DNA of 61,051 bases, filler included, from Sphacelaria rigidula (taxonomy: Eukaryota), in the NCBI GenBank assembly GCA_964200075.2. It is 10 parts of 10 records of this genome, joined end to end, with 100 filler letters (N's around TTAATTAATTAA, not from the genome) between each part and the next. Parts side by side here need not be neighbours in the genome. Positions count along the whole stretch, not along the records: positions 36,694 to 42,708 come from CAXNAA020022784.1; positions 42,809 to 48,823 come from CAXNAA020022785.1; positions 48,924 to 54,937 come from CAXNAA020022786.1; 7 more parts are not named here. The stretch is one strand, 5' to 3'. Positions 38,922-52,589 of this stretch are shown here, piece after piece. Positions within the stretch are counted from its first letter, which is position 1, and each line of letters starts with the position of its first letter. A program made the translations under genes and the position numbers. The notes under the pieces were generated by a model. That model was not told where the DNA came from. It worked only from the letters and a program-made list of their open reading frames with translations, and made no database searches.

Positions 38922-39944
38922 CGTTGCGCTCTTTTTTCATTTCGATTCACGACGTGTAGGTTTTGCCTTCCCAAACCAGTCACCCTTTTTGTGGGGGGGG
39001 GTATCGTAGAAAGTGTCGAACGTCCTCGTGCAATCAAAGGACGCTCATGCTTGTCGTGTGAGTCGCGGAAGATTTGAAGAAAATAGAGTGTTTGTAGCCC
39101 ACTAGGGCCACTTTGAGCATCTGTTTTTGTGGCAAGCAAATGTTTATTTCGTGCGACGTACAGGCGGCATTAGGCCACTTTGTATGTGTCGAGAAAAAAT
39201 CTTGTCAACAACTTTGGTATTTCTCCGTCGTTGTACGCCCGGAAGAGAGCTAGTCGGATGTTGACACCTTGAAACGACTTGCTCTACTCGTTGGGATCAT
39301 TCCAGAGCACCTTTGCGTTCTACGGTACCCTCAGTTTGTTTTCGCCAAACTTACATTTTCAATATCAAGTGGTCGAGCTAAATAAAAACGGCGGAGGGGG
39401 TGTACTCATGATCATGCATGTCATAGTCATCAGACCATTGACGGCGGGGGGGGGACTGGAAGTTCTTTTTATTACTTTACCGTTCGTTATTGAAAATGTA
39501 AATTTGGCCAAGAAGAAAACTGCAGCCACCGGAAAACGCAAACGTGCGCTGGCACGGTCTCAGACAGTAGCTCAGATCATTCCAAGGTGTCAACATTTGC
39601 GTAGCCCCCTTTTCGGGCGTAAAGCGATGGAGAAGGGCGAGAAAGGCAGTTTTCAACAAGAGCTTTTCACACATGATACGCAGTGGACATACTTGTTCCA
39701 TGAAGAATCGTCCATGTGCGTACAAAGTTGGATTGGCATACAGAAATGCAATTTTGTACCGGAAACAACGGCTGCTTGAAATAACTCAGAGTCGCGACAA
39801 TGTTGGACCATTTGGTACTTGTTTTCATGTTTTGTTTGGTCGCGATCGATCCTATTCTCAATCACTTTTTTTTTTGTGCCCAAGCTCTGTGACGATTTAT
39901 TGGCAACCCATTGGCCTACCGTGTAGTCAGCGCTGATCGCTGAT

Positions 39945-40042
39945 TGTACGGTAGTCTACTCGGTTGCCTATAAATCGTCACAGAAGTTAGTCGTGGGGGT
40001 TCGATCGCCGTCACTTTCACTCCTACGAGGGCGACTCCCCTT
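39945..40042 (+). mobile_element. tRNA-derived SINE head, family C (second copy at 42612-42708)
   Basis: gtagtcta.t.ggt A-box-like, GGTTCGATC/GGTTCAATCC B-box, and shared tail cgtcactttcactcc...ggcgactcccct. Confidence 0.6.
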
Positions 40043-40977
40043 GCCAGCGCTGTTCAACTGTGAAATAATACCAATAATATTCACCACTTGATCGATGTAC
40101 ATAACGTTCTCGGAACCTTTATCATGTTATGATGACTCATGGTGTTGAAACTTTCTATCGCAAAACAAAATGCCGACGTTGAGCGCCCCGTGTCCAGCAC
40201 GTTTCATCCGCCGTTTCATCAGCACTTCGAGCCAGTGCCCCTTTTCAGCGCAGTCGTTTCAGAATAACAATACCGAGTGCGCACATCTTAGACTTTATTC
40301 GAATCTTCGTCCAATCCTGTTCGTTTCTTCTCTGGCTTGTACTGTATCTGACACTGGCAGAACCGTGATGGAGCAGGGCGCTACGACGGACCCGGTCGCT
40401 TCAGCAAGTTCGGCGTCAGGTGACCAACAAAAACAGGGACTTGATCCAATACCCCCCTACCCTGTACCATGTCAGCTCGTTTTTCCTCGTTCCCGCATGA
40501 TGATACATGTTAAGGCGTCCCCGTTCACGGTAGCCAGACAAAAGCATGGCTTATAGCAGGGTGCGCGACACATTGGTGGGTCATCTCGATTTTGTACTTG
40601 GCTCAACTTGAGGGCACAGTTTTCTGGTTTACCTCCACTCCCCACCCTTTCAAATACGTGACAACGTCTTCGAAACGATGAGTACCGCTGTAGTATCGAC
40701 ATGACTATCCCGTGCGGTACTTTGGTATGAACCGACATACCAGAGGCAGATGAGTGCAAGGGTCGGACGGATTGATTATTCGTCTGATAATTACTTTATT
40801 TTATTCATGGTGTAATCGATTCGTTTTATACGAATCAATCCTTAGGCTTTCCTATCAGCATTGCAACCCAGGTACGCGTAGACCAGGCACGTGGAATGGC
40901 GCAAAAAAGTTGCGTGGAGACCTGTTTGACCAGCGGTCGACTTTTTTCTCTTTCGAGAAATCAGGCCTGAGAAATAG

Positions 40978-42450
40978 TGGATTTGGTTATTCGAACCGGC
41001 GATGATTCGTTCGAGCCGTTTGATGAGTGGGACGCAGATATCGTTTATTTGCGCCAGGGGTGAGCGTCATGTCGGCCGATTTCTCACCTCGGGAATAGTT
41101 ACGGTAGTGCTGCCCATGTGTGTTCTTCCCGTATGCGGGTCATCGCTGCGAGGTTCTTACGAGAGTGCCGTATTCTTGAACCAAGGGTGCAGAGTATCGT
41201 TGAACACACACGTGTATTGATTTCTGTTCTCACAGGAGACACGACAACGACGAAGAACGGATCGGGGACATCTCCGTCGCACCCACGGCTCAAGAGATAA
41301 TGTGCGAAAGACCTCCCTACGTTCCTCGCAACAACCCGTCGACATGGGAGGGGATGGATCACCTCAAGGTAGCCGGCGCTCCTTCCCGAGTGCTCACCTG
41401 TACATGACTGCGTTGATCCGATGTGTTGAAACCTTTCCCGAAGTGAACTGGAGAACCTCTTGTTGAGTTGGCATCTCATCACGTGTGTCACTAGGATGAC
41501 GTGCTACTTTGCTCCGTTATGTATGCGTGTCCGTGCGTCCTACGCAAAACCCAGCCGTTGGTGCCTGGATCTGCCGCTGCGCTCATGGATGTACACTTCC
41601 GCCTGCTCCGCAACGATTTCGTGGAGCCACTACGTGAGGCCGTTCTAGGATACAGAAGGGAGCAGCTCAAGAATATAAATGTGGGTGCAGGAGTTTCGGA
41701 GTGCATGCATGGGGGCCAAGGGGCGATGCGAGAGTGAAGCGATGAAATGCTGGCGTGGCGAGTTCGATATGCAGACACAAGTGTTCCATGTACGGACACA
41801 AGTATACGTTTGTCGTCACCTCTCCAAGAGGCGTGTGTTGCTGCATCAGCCGGCACGTCTCAAATCATTGCGGGTCGCAGCGCTGACCATACATGCGTTT
41901 CACCGGTTCGGATCAGTAAGGAGGTAGCACAACCCTCCACACAGGGGGAATGCCTTCCGTTGGAGGAGTCTCAGCGTCGCCGGCACTACGTTTCGTGCGT
42001 GTGAAGACAGCAGTCGCTTGAAAGTATGAAAGAAATGAGGAAAGGGACTCGACAGAGGATTATTGCTCATCTCATCATATTACTCACCCCAAAAAAATAT
42101 CGAACCGAAAAAAGTAATTATAGCCCCTACTGTTAGATGTTCTCCTCCTTTGGCATTCTGTGGAGGGTTTCCGAAGGTCACAGTTGAGAGGTAGACTTGA
42201 TGTAACGTTGACCCCTCCCCCCCCGTCGCCCGTCCTCCACCCGTCCTACCATGGCTACATCTCCACTGTCCTCGGTATTCCGGCGGTGCAATCTAGTCTC
42301 AACAAGATGGCGGCGAACGACACGGCGGTCGAGGTGGCGTATTCAGGGCAAAAACAGAGGGCGGGAGATCCTTCATGAGCCTCTTCGTCTTCAAAAACGT
42401 CCGCGTCGTCGGCATCTCGGGTGAATTCGGACACGCCTACGACGTGAAAC
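40978..42450 (+). pseudogene. ZNFX1-like (NFX1-type zinc finger SF1 helicase) N-terminal exons ~40978-41059, 41236-41367, 41555-41680, 42297-~42445; one apparent frameshift
   Basis: Spliced reading G-RHDNDEERIGDISVAPTAQEIMCERPPYVPRNN...DHLK|PLVPGSAAALMDVHFRLLRNDFVEPLREAV...|...GGVFRAKTEGGRSFMSLFVFKNVRVVG. The RHDND..I..PT..EI and HFRLLR.DF..PLRE motifs are characteristic of ZNFX1-like proteins; splice sites are canonical. Confidence 0.75.
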
Positions 42451-45400
42451 CCCACACATTTTCCCATCCCATTGATGTCTCTGCCCGTACTCACGACACC
42501 TTCGCTTCGTTGCGCACCCTCACATTCGCGGTCACCCATGATAACCTATTCACCGCGGCCCGTTACTGACTCTGGTCCTGTGCTCGGCACACTGGTCATG
42601 GATCGCTGACTGGTCAGTAGTCTAGTTGGTAGTCTCTTAAAACGTCACAAAAGTTAGTCATGGGGGTTCAATCCCCGTCACTTTCACTCCGAGGACGGCG
42701 ACTCCCCTNNNNNNNNNNNNNNNNNNNNNNNNNNNNNNNNNNNNNNNNNNNNTTAATTAATTAANNNNNNNNNNNNNNNNNNNNNNNNNNNNNNNNNNNN
42801 NNNNNNNNTTCTTTCGCTCTGTGTTACTCTTTCGTATCTTCCCTGCAATAGAGAAATGCGACTTCAGCCCCATTTTAGTGTTGAACCCCAAAATTTAAAA
42901 TCGGCTGTTAACTTTTACTCTTTGACACCTGAGAAGTAGCCTAAGGCCGCTTCTTAAAGACTGGAAAAAATCTCTCTAGGAACTTTCCTTTCGAACACTT
43001 TATCCCGGATTATTGTCGGAATACGGGCCTTGGCGGATTTGACCTCCTCGAAAATATTTTACATTTGTTTACGAGGATCCCAGCGCGCTTGTCTGATATT
43101 TCATATTCCCAACTTTACTCTTGGGCGGATTCTGAAATTTTTCAGTCGCCGCGAAAATCGCCCAGTTGTCAGTAAAATACCTACTTTTTCCCGACAACTC
43201 GAAGTTTTTTCAAGGTGTCCATAGGTCGACACAAGACTGACTGTACCGTACACTGCGGCACGGTACGCACCATATACTACGCTTTTTCAGTGCACTTGCA
43301 GTACTTGAATCCACTACGGCGCACTACAAGACACTGTACTTTTGTAGTGCTGTAGTGCTGTGCAGCGTGGAGTACAGTGCAATACAGAACCCTACAATAA
43401 CAGTGCATTGCGATACTGCGAACTACTATACTGTACAGCGATACCGTACAGAGATTCCGTTGTACAAACAGTAGCACAGACAGTACAGTGCGCAGCACTT
43501 TCAAACAGCAAACCCCGGCCGCATTGCGATGATTTCTCCACATGCCCCGTATCACGGTGGTGCAAGACGATGTGATCTCTCACAGGATGGAAATACAGTC
43601 AGGTGTAGTATGCGCTGACTACGAATCGTTTCCGCCGTCTTCTTCTAGCTGAATCTGGCAAGAGTGAGGAACTGCACCCTACGCGACATGTACCCGTTGA
43701 TCATTTGAATTTTCACGCATCACAACGAAGCGAATGCTGAGACCATAGCGTCAGGGAGGTCTTCTGATCGCGATGCCAAGCTTCTTTACCTCGTGAATGA
43801 CCCATTGTGATGAGAATGGCAGTTCTGATGGGTGAGGAATGTCCCACTTTGCTTGTTAGGGTGTATAGACTTTGGACTGGACGTGACCATGGCGGTAGAG
43901 GTGGGCGTGATTTTTTTCATTCTGCTGTGAAATCTGAAAAGGAACAACGGTTTTTAGAGTGAAGTGGTGCAAACGACACTCTGACTCTGAAAAATCTCTC
44001 TACAGGCTGGGCTGCCCGACACGCGGACAGGGATGTGAACACGATATTTAGCAGCTCAACTCTGGCTCGTCTTCTCTGAAATTTTGACACAGTGTTCAGG
44101 CCGTATGTGCGAAGACGCTCCCATTTGCCCCGTACTTTTTGGGGGGCGGAGTTCTTCACGATTGTGTTCCGAAAAAACAGTTCTGAAATACTTGGTCGCC
44201 GATAACTGACGGAGAAAACGAATTATGTATGGGCGGGCAAATGAGGGCGTCTTCGCAAATACATCCTGTACATCGCTTGAAAAATCAACAGAAAACGACC
44301 TGAAATTAAGCTGCTAAATCGCGTGTTCGTGTCCAACACTGGTTCGTATGTGGAGAATCACCAGCCACGATAAAATGAAACGTGGTTATGCTGTTCAATT
44401 TCTAGTATTTTTTCACGAAATTCCGACACGATGAGCATGAGGTATGTTGTAAAATCCCTAATGTATCCCCTTGACATTTTGTTTTGTTTTCAATGACTTG
44501 TTGACGCGTTTGTACCACGGAAAATTGTGCCGGAACTTGGATCTCACCGATAACATACGAGGAAAATAATGAAAAGAAGAGGGACAAAGGGTAGGGGCTC
44601 CACATACACCCCGTGTATATCGTGTCAAAATTTCATGGAAAACGACTTCAAATTGAGCAGTGAAATCGCGTTTTTCTGCAGAAAACCGGTTCAATTGCTT
44701 TTAGAATTACAATACCCTCAGCCGGGATTTTGTTTTTTACAAGCACGACGCCTTGGCGCGCTGGAGGTCTTGTCTGCGTGCCATCTCAGACACTGCGCGC
44801 CTACAGTACGAGATGCATCGTTGTATAACCCCAACTAGTGCAGTACCATCACTTTATGGCCACGTCACAACTGACTGTAACCGTAAATGCGATTTCAGCC
44901 GTTTCCCCCCCTAATTCCGCCGCACATGCTACCTTCAAATCTGCACACTTCGCAGCTGACTGCAGTTTGGTATTTCATTTGATGTTCACTTGTCAGGTCG
45001 CAGTGCTACGTAAAGTGAAAGACGCGCGTTGAGTTGCAGATTACCACAATGTGTCATGGTAGGCACAACTCGCGATAGATCGTCGGTTAGAACTGGCTGA
45101 AGGAAACTCCGCTTCTTGAGCGGTCCAGCCTGTAAGAAATACTTCATAGCGGAAAGTGCACCGTTTCCGGCTGTTTATCCTTCCACTCTGACTCCAAGAT
45201 TTAAAAGAACATTTTCCAAACCTCTCCACTGACCTTGTACAAGTAGAGGAGCATACTGCTTTGCGAATTTCGTCCAGCTTTTCCGACAGCATGCGTGCAA
45301 ATTCGCTCGGACATAAAAACGTTCGAGTCGCGAAAACATAGATTAGAAACGGCCCCACACGGTGCCCATTTTCGCTTCTTCTCACCATTGATCGTGTACG

Positions 45401-48400
45401 TTATGTCTCTCCTTCCCCCCCCATACCCCCCCGTACCGCATTGCCCGTCATGTTTCATCCCATTGCGTACATAGACGGCACACATCTCGCACGGGGTGCC
45501 GTACCGGCGGTCCGCTGAGGCGAACTCGTCCGGCACCTCACGTCGTGAAGACCACCACGTGCAGTCGCCCGACGGCGCTTAGGGGGTGGTGGCAGCCGGA
45601 CGCTTTACTCTTTGTCCCAAGAATCGGACGGATGCGGAGAAGGGACAAAATCCGGTGTCACCGGTTCCGTCCGTTCAGACCCCATGGATAACCCGGAGTT
45701 CGTGAAAGCCATCCAAGGCTTGATCGGGAATGCGATGGAGGAGGCGGTTCGCAAGTCCGCGCCCCGAGGACGGAACGATGAGGTGGAGGTACGTCTGGAT
45801 AAGAACGCAGTGCAGGTATTTGACGACGTCACTGGCGAAAGGAGTGAGCTCGAACAATCAGAGGAACGCTCTTGTCTCCCGCCAAGTTCCTGTACCCGTG
45901 GTTCGGTAGAAGTCTGCTCCACGTAAAGGGGGCGGGACCTTTCTGTTTTGTGCACCGCCGATAGCACGGGGCCTGCGGATGATGTACCCAGCATTCGTAC
46001 CTCGCGAACATTGGTAGAAATCCCCGAGACGCAAGCCTCATGCGCCGGTTATCCCGTAACATATTGGGTTGATGCAACCTCTCTGCCGTCAAAGGTCAAG
46101 AGCCGAACAACTCAATCCACGCAGCACCTTCGCAATTGTGCGTGCAAAGTACAATGAAGCGATCTCATCTGTAGTTGGCGAGTTGATCTGTCCGGTTGTT
46201 GATCACTATTCCCCCCTTTCCTGCCATAATTCTGAACAGAAACCACAAGATATACGGCCATGACATGAAGTTGGACTTATACCTCCATGTTATCGTGAGC
46301 GCAACGTCAGACTTATCGTGCACCTGGACAACAGCGCCTTAACAAGACATGGCGGCTGCACGCAAATCACGTGTCTTTTCTAATGTGTCCAGAAGTATTT
46401 TGTTTCCGCACCCGTAATGGGAGACGAGACCAGCGGCCACTCAGCATCTCAGGCAATCTCCCGCGTAGATGAAACCCTGTTCGTGGCAGTCAAACGCACC
46501 ACACTGATAACGACGATTACAGCATAGAAATAATGTAAGTCGGCACGAACTGCAGTATAGTTGTTGGTTTTGCGAACGACCCAAATCAAGTAGCAAGACG
46601 CATGTCATCGACGTTGATGGTTGCGTCGTGGTCATCAAACCCCAGGCCGTTATCGACATGTACAGCCCAGAGTATGAGCTACCACCGCAAGTCGTGAAGG
46701 CCGTCGGCGATTTTGTCGCATCCCAAAGGGCTCCCAGATAACGGGCAGCCACCATAATGCCTTCCATGTGAGGGCAAAAATGACATCATGTTTCTTTCGG
46801 GAGCCTCCATGGCGACTGGAGTACTCTGCTAGCACGTAGTCGTCTTCGACCACCATAGAAGAGTCGGCTTCGATCGCGCCTGCGTAGGGGTGCGCGCCGC
46901 GGCGGATCACAGCGACGGCTGATGTTCAGGGGGTGCCAGTGGAGTATCAACATCACCACAGGACGCCGTGTCAAAGCAATGAAGGATGTAGGAAAACGGC
47001 GATTCAACGCGACGGACGAAACGAAGCACACAATTTACCCTATCCGCGCTCGTGTGGCGGCTACCGACTCAGACGTGTCTACCCTGTTTTCAGAAACATC
47101 GATGCCGTGATTGTGCCTGTCACGAACCGTGCAGACCGTGATACCTTGGATACGATGTCCGTGTCGATTCCAGGGCCGCGGGACTGCCAAGGCGATGGTG
47201 CCTATCGGATGCAAGACTTCCAACACCTTTTCAACGAACCGCCTGAAGTATCCCTTGTTGTCATCGTTTGTCGTGTTCAGTTTTTGTTTTCTCGACATCA
47301 ATGGAGACTATGATATGCTTCGGCGGTCTCTTCACAGGGAGTGGCTCTTGTTGGTCAATAAGAGTGCAGTGGCGGCGGAGTGGATTGTCCTCGTGTATGC
47401 TCGTGTGATGAGCCCTGTACAATATCACGTCGCAAGCACGCAATATCATCGTCAGTTTTCATTCGTTGCGCGCTGGTCGTCCGCATGTCGCGGGGTGAAG
47501 CGTGTGTTCTCCGATATAGCCCTTCCCGAGAAAGTGGTTGGTTTGGGGGGGGGGACAACCAACACGTGAAATCGATATGAAAAAATACCCTCATATTGAG
47601 CAGATTGGAATAATAACGCTTATGTTTGTTTTCGCCCATGTCGAGTAAACAAGGCCCTCCACGCACTCTGGAATCGAACATCACGCTGTGGAAAGCCATT
47701 CATTGTTTTGCTGGGGGGTTTCGGCTGGCGTTGGGGTGGGGGCTAATCCGGCGTAATTCTTCGGCGTGCGTTCCACTACGGTGGCTAAGCTGGCGGCTGC
47801 ACCGTCAGGTTTTCATCGTTGAGCAGTGCGCGAGGTTGATCGACCTCGTCAACGGCCACCACGATCATACTCACCGCCTTCTCCATAATGTATCACTGGA
47901 GATGGTATACATGTGGGTATTTTCGGATTCTGCCGTACCAATGGCGGTCAGAATTTCCGCGCGCCGTCGTCCTCAACGGCCGAAAGACAGGAGAACCTAC
48001 AAATAGCTGCGCTTGACAGTCCCAGTGTCGCATGTCGACCGACTTATGCATGCTGTCACAACCGTCGTCCAAGGGAGCAATCTAAAGGTGAGCTTCAGTC
48101 GACGACACAGTCTCCATAACGGCAACCTATCCTCGCACCTTCTGCTTTCCGCGGTGGGACCGGCAGGGGGGAGCATTTGCCCTGCTTGTGACGATTTCTT
48201 CCCCCCTTTTTTAGGATTCCCTCCGCCTCTGACCCCGTCAGTTCTGTCCCCTTTCCTCTTCTGGCGCCCCGGCTCGTTCCCGCAGACAAGGCGAAGACGT
48301 CGCTTCCTCTCGGCAAGAGATGCATCCTCGGAGACGGGCACAAGCAGCTCACAGAAGGTCTGGTGCTTCATCCCGCAGTGTACGCAATGGTATCTGCCAT

Positions 48401-48923
48401 TGCGAGGACGGCATGAAAGTGTCGAGCGGTTGGCGGTTTTTCAGGTAAGGGGATCGTTGTTTCAATCATTACACGAAGTATACTTAAAACGGTAGCATTG
48501 TACTCCGCGAGGTCAACTGGTGTGCTCGGCACCGTCGAAACGGCTTGCGTGTTGATTCATGCTATCCCTTCTCACCTGACGTCTGATGATGGGTCGCACG
48601 AGGGACATAATTCGTCTTTGCGGCTGCCCTCAGCTGGTCGTTAACAATCGCTACCATTCTCCTCCGATTCACCAGCATCCTCGTCGTCGTCTTCCCCGCC
48701 GCCCGCGTTCGCCAACTTCAAGCGAGCGATGGTGTTGTTGGCCTCGTCCCACCTCTTCCTCCAGCTATCGTTGTACCGCCTCAGGGCCCCTCTTTGTGCT
48801 TTCTGCGAAAACGGGCCGTGGTTNNNNNNNNNNNNNNNNNNNNNNNNNNNNNNNNNNNNNNNNNNNNTTAATTAATTAANNNNNNNNNNNNNNNNNNNNN
48901 NNNNNNNNNNNNNNNNNNNNNNN

Positions 48924-49243
48924 TGTACAAAGACCGCACTTTGCCGAGGGAATGTTATGTGCCGCCCATGTCCAAGGGTACTCGGTTTGTGTTGTGTCGG
49001 GGGCACGTGTCCATTCCGTGGCCCGTGGCGAAGGATAGATAGCTTTACCTTTTGTATTATTGGAGAGTGCCTAGACTGAGTCGACCCTTTGACTGAGGGA
49101 TCAGATGTTGTGTAAGCTCAGCAGGCAGCGTCGTAGCTGCCATGAGCGGGGTACTGTAGTCACACACACTCGACTACCAGTACCTGCACATCCGCATTAA
49201 TCCATCCGCACATGTGCATGTTCACTCAGTGTACCTGTTCACA
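48924..49243 (-). repeat. Probable 3' LTR of the Copia element
   Basis: On the minus strand, PPT-like cagagggggttttca is directly followed by TGTGAAC at 49243; distal end not confirmed. Confidence 0.5.
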
Positions 49244-49552
49244 TGAAAACCCCCTCTGAAACGGTACATCAGTCGTCGTGGCTTTCTCTCTCTCTAAAAA
49301 AAAAAGAAGTTTCAAGGGGGAAACCCGGCCATCCGGGCAAAAACCCCTTCCCCTCAACAGCTTGTGCGCCATCTAGATAATCCATGGACGCCGGTCAAGG
49401 CAGATACACGACATGTCAGGAAACGCCCTACAAAACCCATGCCCCTCGAAGTAGCGTGTGTGGCTTAACCCAAAATGCGCATAAATGCATCACTTAAACA
49501 TCTAAAATACCTGGCACGAGCACGATGGCACACACAAAAAACGTACCTACAT

Positions 49553-51418
49553 GTCACCTTCCAAGTTTATAAAAAAATGTCTGTGCCTCGTAAACAGGCT
49601 GATCGAAAGAGGCTTCGTCAAAATATCTGCATGCTGCTATCCTGAGTCTACATGTACAACCCTGACCTTTCCCGTTCCCACCAGCTCTCGAATGAAGTGA
49701 TATCTCACGTCTATGTGCTTACTCCTCTCGGAACTGAGAAGATTTTCGGCCAGAGCTTTTGCTCCCTCGTTGTCCTCGTACAAAATAATACCTTGGTTCT
49801 CCCCGCTTCCCGACACAGTCTGCGGTCGCAAGAACGTCAACACTGCCTTCACAAACAATTCCTCCTTTGCCCCCTCGGCCATTGCAACATACTCTGCCTC
49901 CGTAGTTGACAGAGTTACGCAGTGTGGCGTGCGGCTCGTTGCCGACACCACCACACCTCCGTACATCACGGCTACCCCTGAAACCGAACGCCTATCCGTT
50001 TCCTTCTTGGCATAATCTACATCGCAGTAGACTGAGAGCCCATCATGAGCTTTCTTGAACGTAAGTCCTACCTTCTTCGTCTCATTTAGATACTTCAGAA
50101 CTTTCACAACAGCTTCCCAGTGCCTCTCGTATGGGTCATGCGACTGGCGAGCAAGCGCTCGTACCGAATTTGCGATGTCGGGTCTGGTGACTGTTTCCAG
50201 CCACATCAACCCCCCCACTGCGTTACGGTATGGGCGACTCACCTTTTTGTCTTCGCCCGTTGTCGACCCCAACTTCACAGAAACAGAGGCAGGGATTTCT
50301 GAGAACCCCCTCACCTCAAAACGCTTCAGGAGCGTGTCCGTGAACGTGGTTTGCGTCACAGACAGCATGCCTCTATCCCAGTCTCTATCCACCGCGCATT
50401 CCATGTACCAGGTGACCTCTCCGAGATTGTCCGTGGGGAACGTTTTGTTGAGGATTTGGCCCACCTTTCCTACGTATTCCTCAAAACCACTGATGAGGAT
50501 GTCGTCCACATGGACAACTAAAATCACACGTACTTCTCCTGCATCCGCCATCTTGAAAACACATGGATCAGCTTCGCACTGCACCATCCCGACATCCTCC
50601 GGTAAAGTTTGACACAGGAGACAAAACCACTGCCTGCCTGCTTGCTTGATCCCGTAAATAGATTTTTCAAGCTTTACGGTCACGTCTGTCAAAACGGAGC
50701 AACCTTCGTGCAACCTCATGTATACATCGATATCCATTTCCGCTTGAACAAAAGTCTGTGTCACATCAAAATGGTACAACGGCCACTCTTCCTGAACTGC
50801 CACTGCCATGACCAGTTTGATTGAGGCCATGGAGGGCGTTACTGCGAAAGTCTCGAAACAGTCGACTGCAAAACGTTGTCCAAATCCTCGCGTTACCAAC
50901 CTTGCCTTTGCCTTCATTACAGTACCGTCTGCGTCAGTCTTCCAACTAAAAAACCACTTCGCTGAAATCACGTTTGCTGCTTCCGGTACAGGTCCAGTCG
51001 AAAATGTTTCAGCCTTTTCGTGACCTCCTAGCTAGGCCTGCATCGCGCCTAACCATGCCTCTCGAAATTCTGACTTGGCAATGTCATCCATTCTGGTTGG
51101 TGCTGCCTCTATTTCGCTTACGTGTAGGCCAACTGGTAAACGCAAACCGGATTCAGGCTTCCCTACCCTGTTTTCCTCAGCGACAAAACAAGAAAACTCG
51201 TTTTCAGCTAACTCGTGTTGAGTCGAAACGATTGCGTCTTGCCCAGCCACCTGTCCTGCAGCCGCGGTAATCATCTCCATGGTTGAGCATTTGTCCTCCG
51301 CCATTCCCGCCAGCGCCGTCTCCGCTTCCTTCTTGCTTCCTCCGCTCCGCCAGCCACCAGCGTTTCGTCTTGTGCGTGTATCGACCCCATTGCCTCGCGC
51401 GTTTGGCTCCTCGTACAC
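49553..51418 (-). mobile_element. Ty1/Copia pol remnant: reverse transcriptase and RNase H (main ORF 49637-50971)
   Basis: KARLVTRGFGQ, FDVTQTF, KSIYGIKQAGRQW, VHVDD, TRPDIA, YCDVDYA..DRRSVSG, STTEAEY, KHIDVRYHFIRE, and after a premature stop ADILTKPL. Integrase and gag absent. Confidence 0.97.
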
Positions 51419-51520
51419 CCCGCCCTTGGTGAACCGGTCAGCCCGCGCAAGACGCGTTGCTCGGTCTTCGGGAGCTGAGGAGCGTCGCCGCCCCCCCCCC
51501 CCCCAATCTTGCGGGGGATG

Positions 51521-51855
51521 TTCAAGAAGCGAACAGCCTATCCGTTGAACCAGTGAGCGTCCACTGGTTTAATGGGTTCACTGTTCGCTTCGTGAGTAAA
51601 AGATATGCTGCGTGGTCCATCCCGGCATGGCACATCAGTGATCTCCGGGGCCTCTTGCCCCTCGCAAGCCTTACTGTCCACATTTCTCATTCCTTCCTTT
51701 CACAATTGATCATGCTGGGTCTCAAACTCAATACCTTTTGTGCAGGAAGCGAACATTCGACCATTGAGCTACCAGTGAGCGCTCACTGGTTCAATGGGTA
51801 AACTGTTCGCTTCCTGAACAGGTTCAATGGGTGAACTGTTCGCTGCCTGAACAGC
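51521..51855. repeat. Two similar ~75-nt hairpins plus a partial third arm, at the Copia truncation point
   Basis: gaagcgaaca...ccagtgagcg..cactggtt.aatgggt..actgttcgcttc at 51521-51596 and 51742-51816. Confidence 0.7.
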
Positions 51856-52346
51856 TTTTCCTGCTGCTTCGCCGTCTTTCTCAGTAAATCCTAGTGGACG
51901 TGAGCGTGGGAACAGTGGAATTCGTTGATGTCAGCGGTCTGGGAGCTAGACCCTCGGGGCGAAAACAACATATAACAGCAAATTGTGCGAATTGAGGTTT
52001 AACTCCGAGATGAGGTTCAAGTGGGCAACCCGACTCGTGAACTGTTTGTAGTAAAAGTACCGAGGGCAAGCTCTTGTTCGGAAGAAGTAACCTGTGGAGG
52101 TGAAGCCGTAACACGTCATATTCAGTACGTCGAAGAATCGAGAGAAGTAAGTCGGGCGAGCACTCTTGTTACTCTGCGCCACAGGGAAAAAGGTGGCAGC
52201 ACACGGATCCCATGTCCTGCGCTACCCCCCCCCTCGGGCTGCGCCAGCGCGAGGCACAACACCTCGATCATGCCCGACAGGGTGGGGGGGGGGGGGTGTA
52301 CTCATGATCATGCCTGCCATAGTCATCAGACCATTGACAGGGTAAG

Positions 52347-52385
<39 letters not shown>

Positions 52386-52589
52386 CGTCAGGCACGGCTA
52401 AGACGGGCACCATTTGTGTCTTGGTGTCCAGCGGCTGCGGGTTTGTGTTTCCCCTCTCAATCGAAAAGTCGGTTTCAACGCAACATGGATAGGCCATTGC
52501 CCACGAGATTCCGGCACGGAAACGACTAGGATACTCCCCTTCGAACCCTTCCCTCTGGCGCGATGAATGGTGCATTGTCTTCCATCGAA

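Noticed and set aside
43250..43500. CAGTA/TACTG-rich stretch as a structured array
   Set aside because: No fixed period; degenerate low-complexity sequence also seen near 18950 and 56440.
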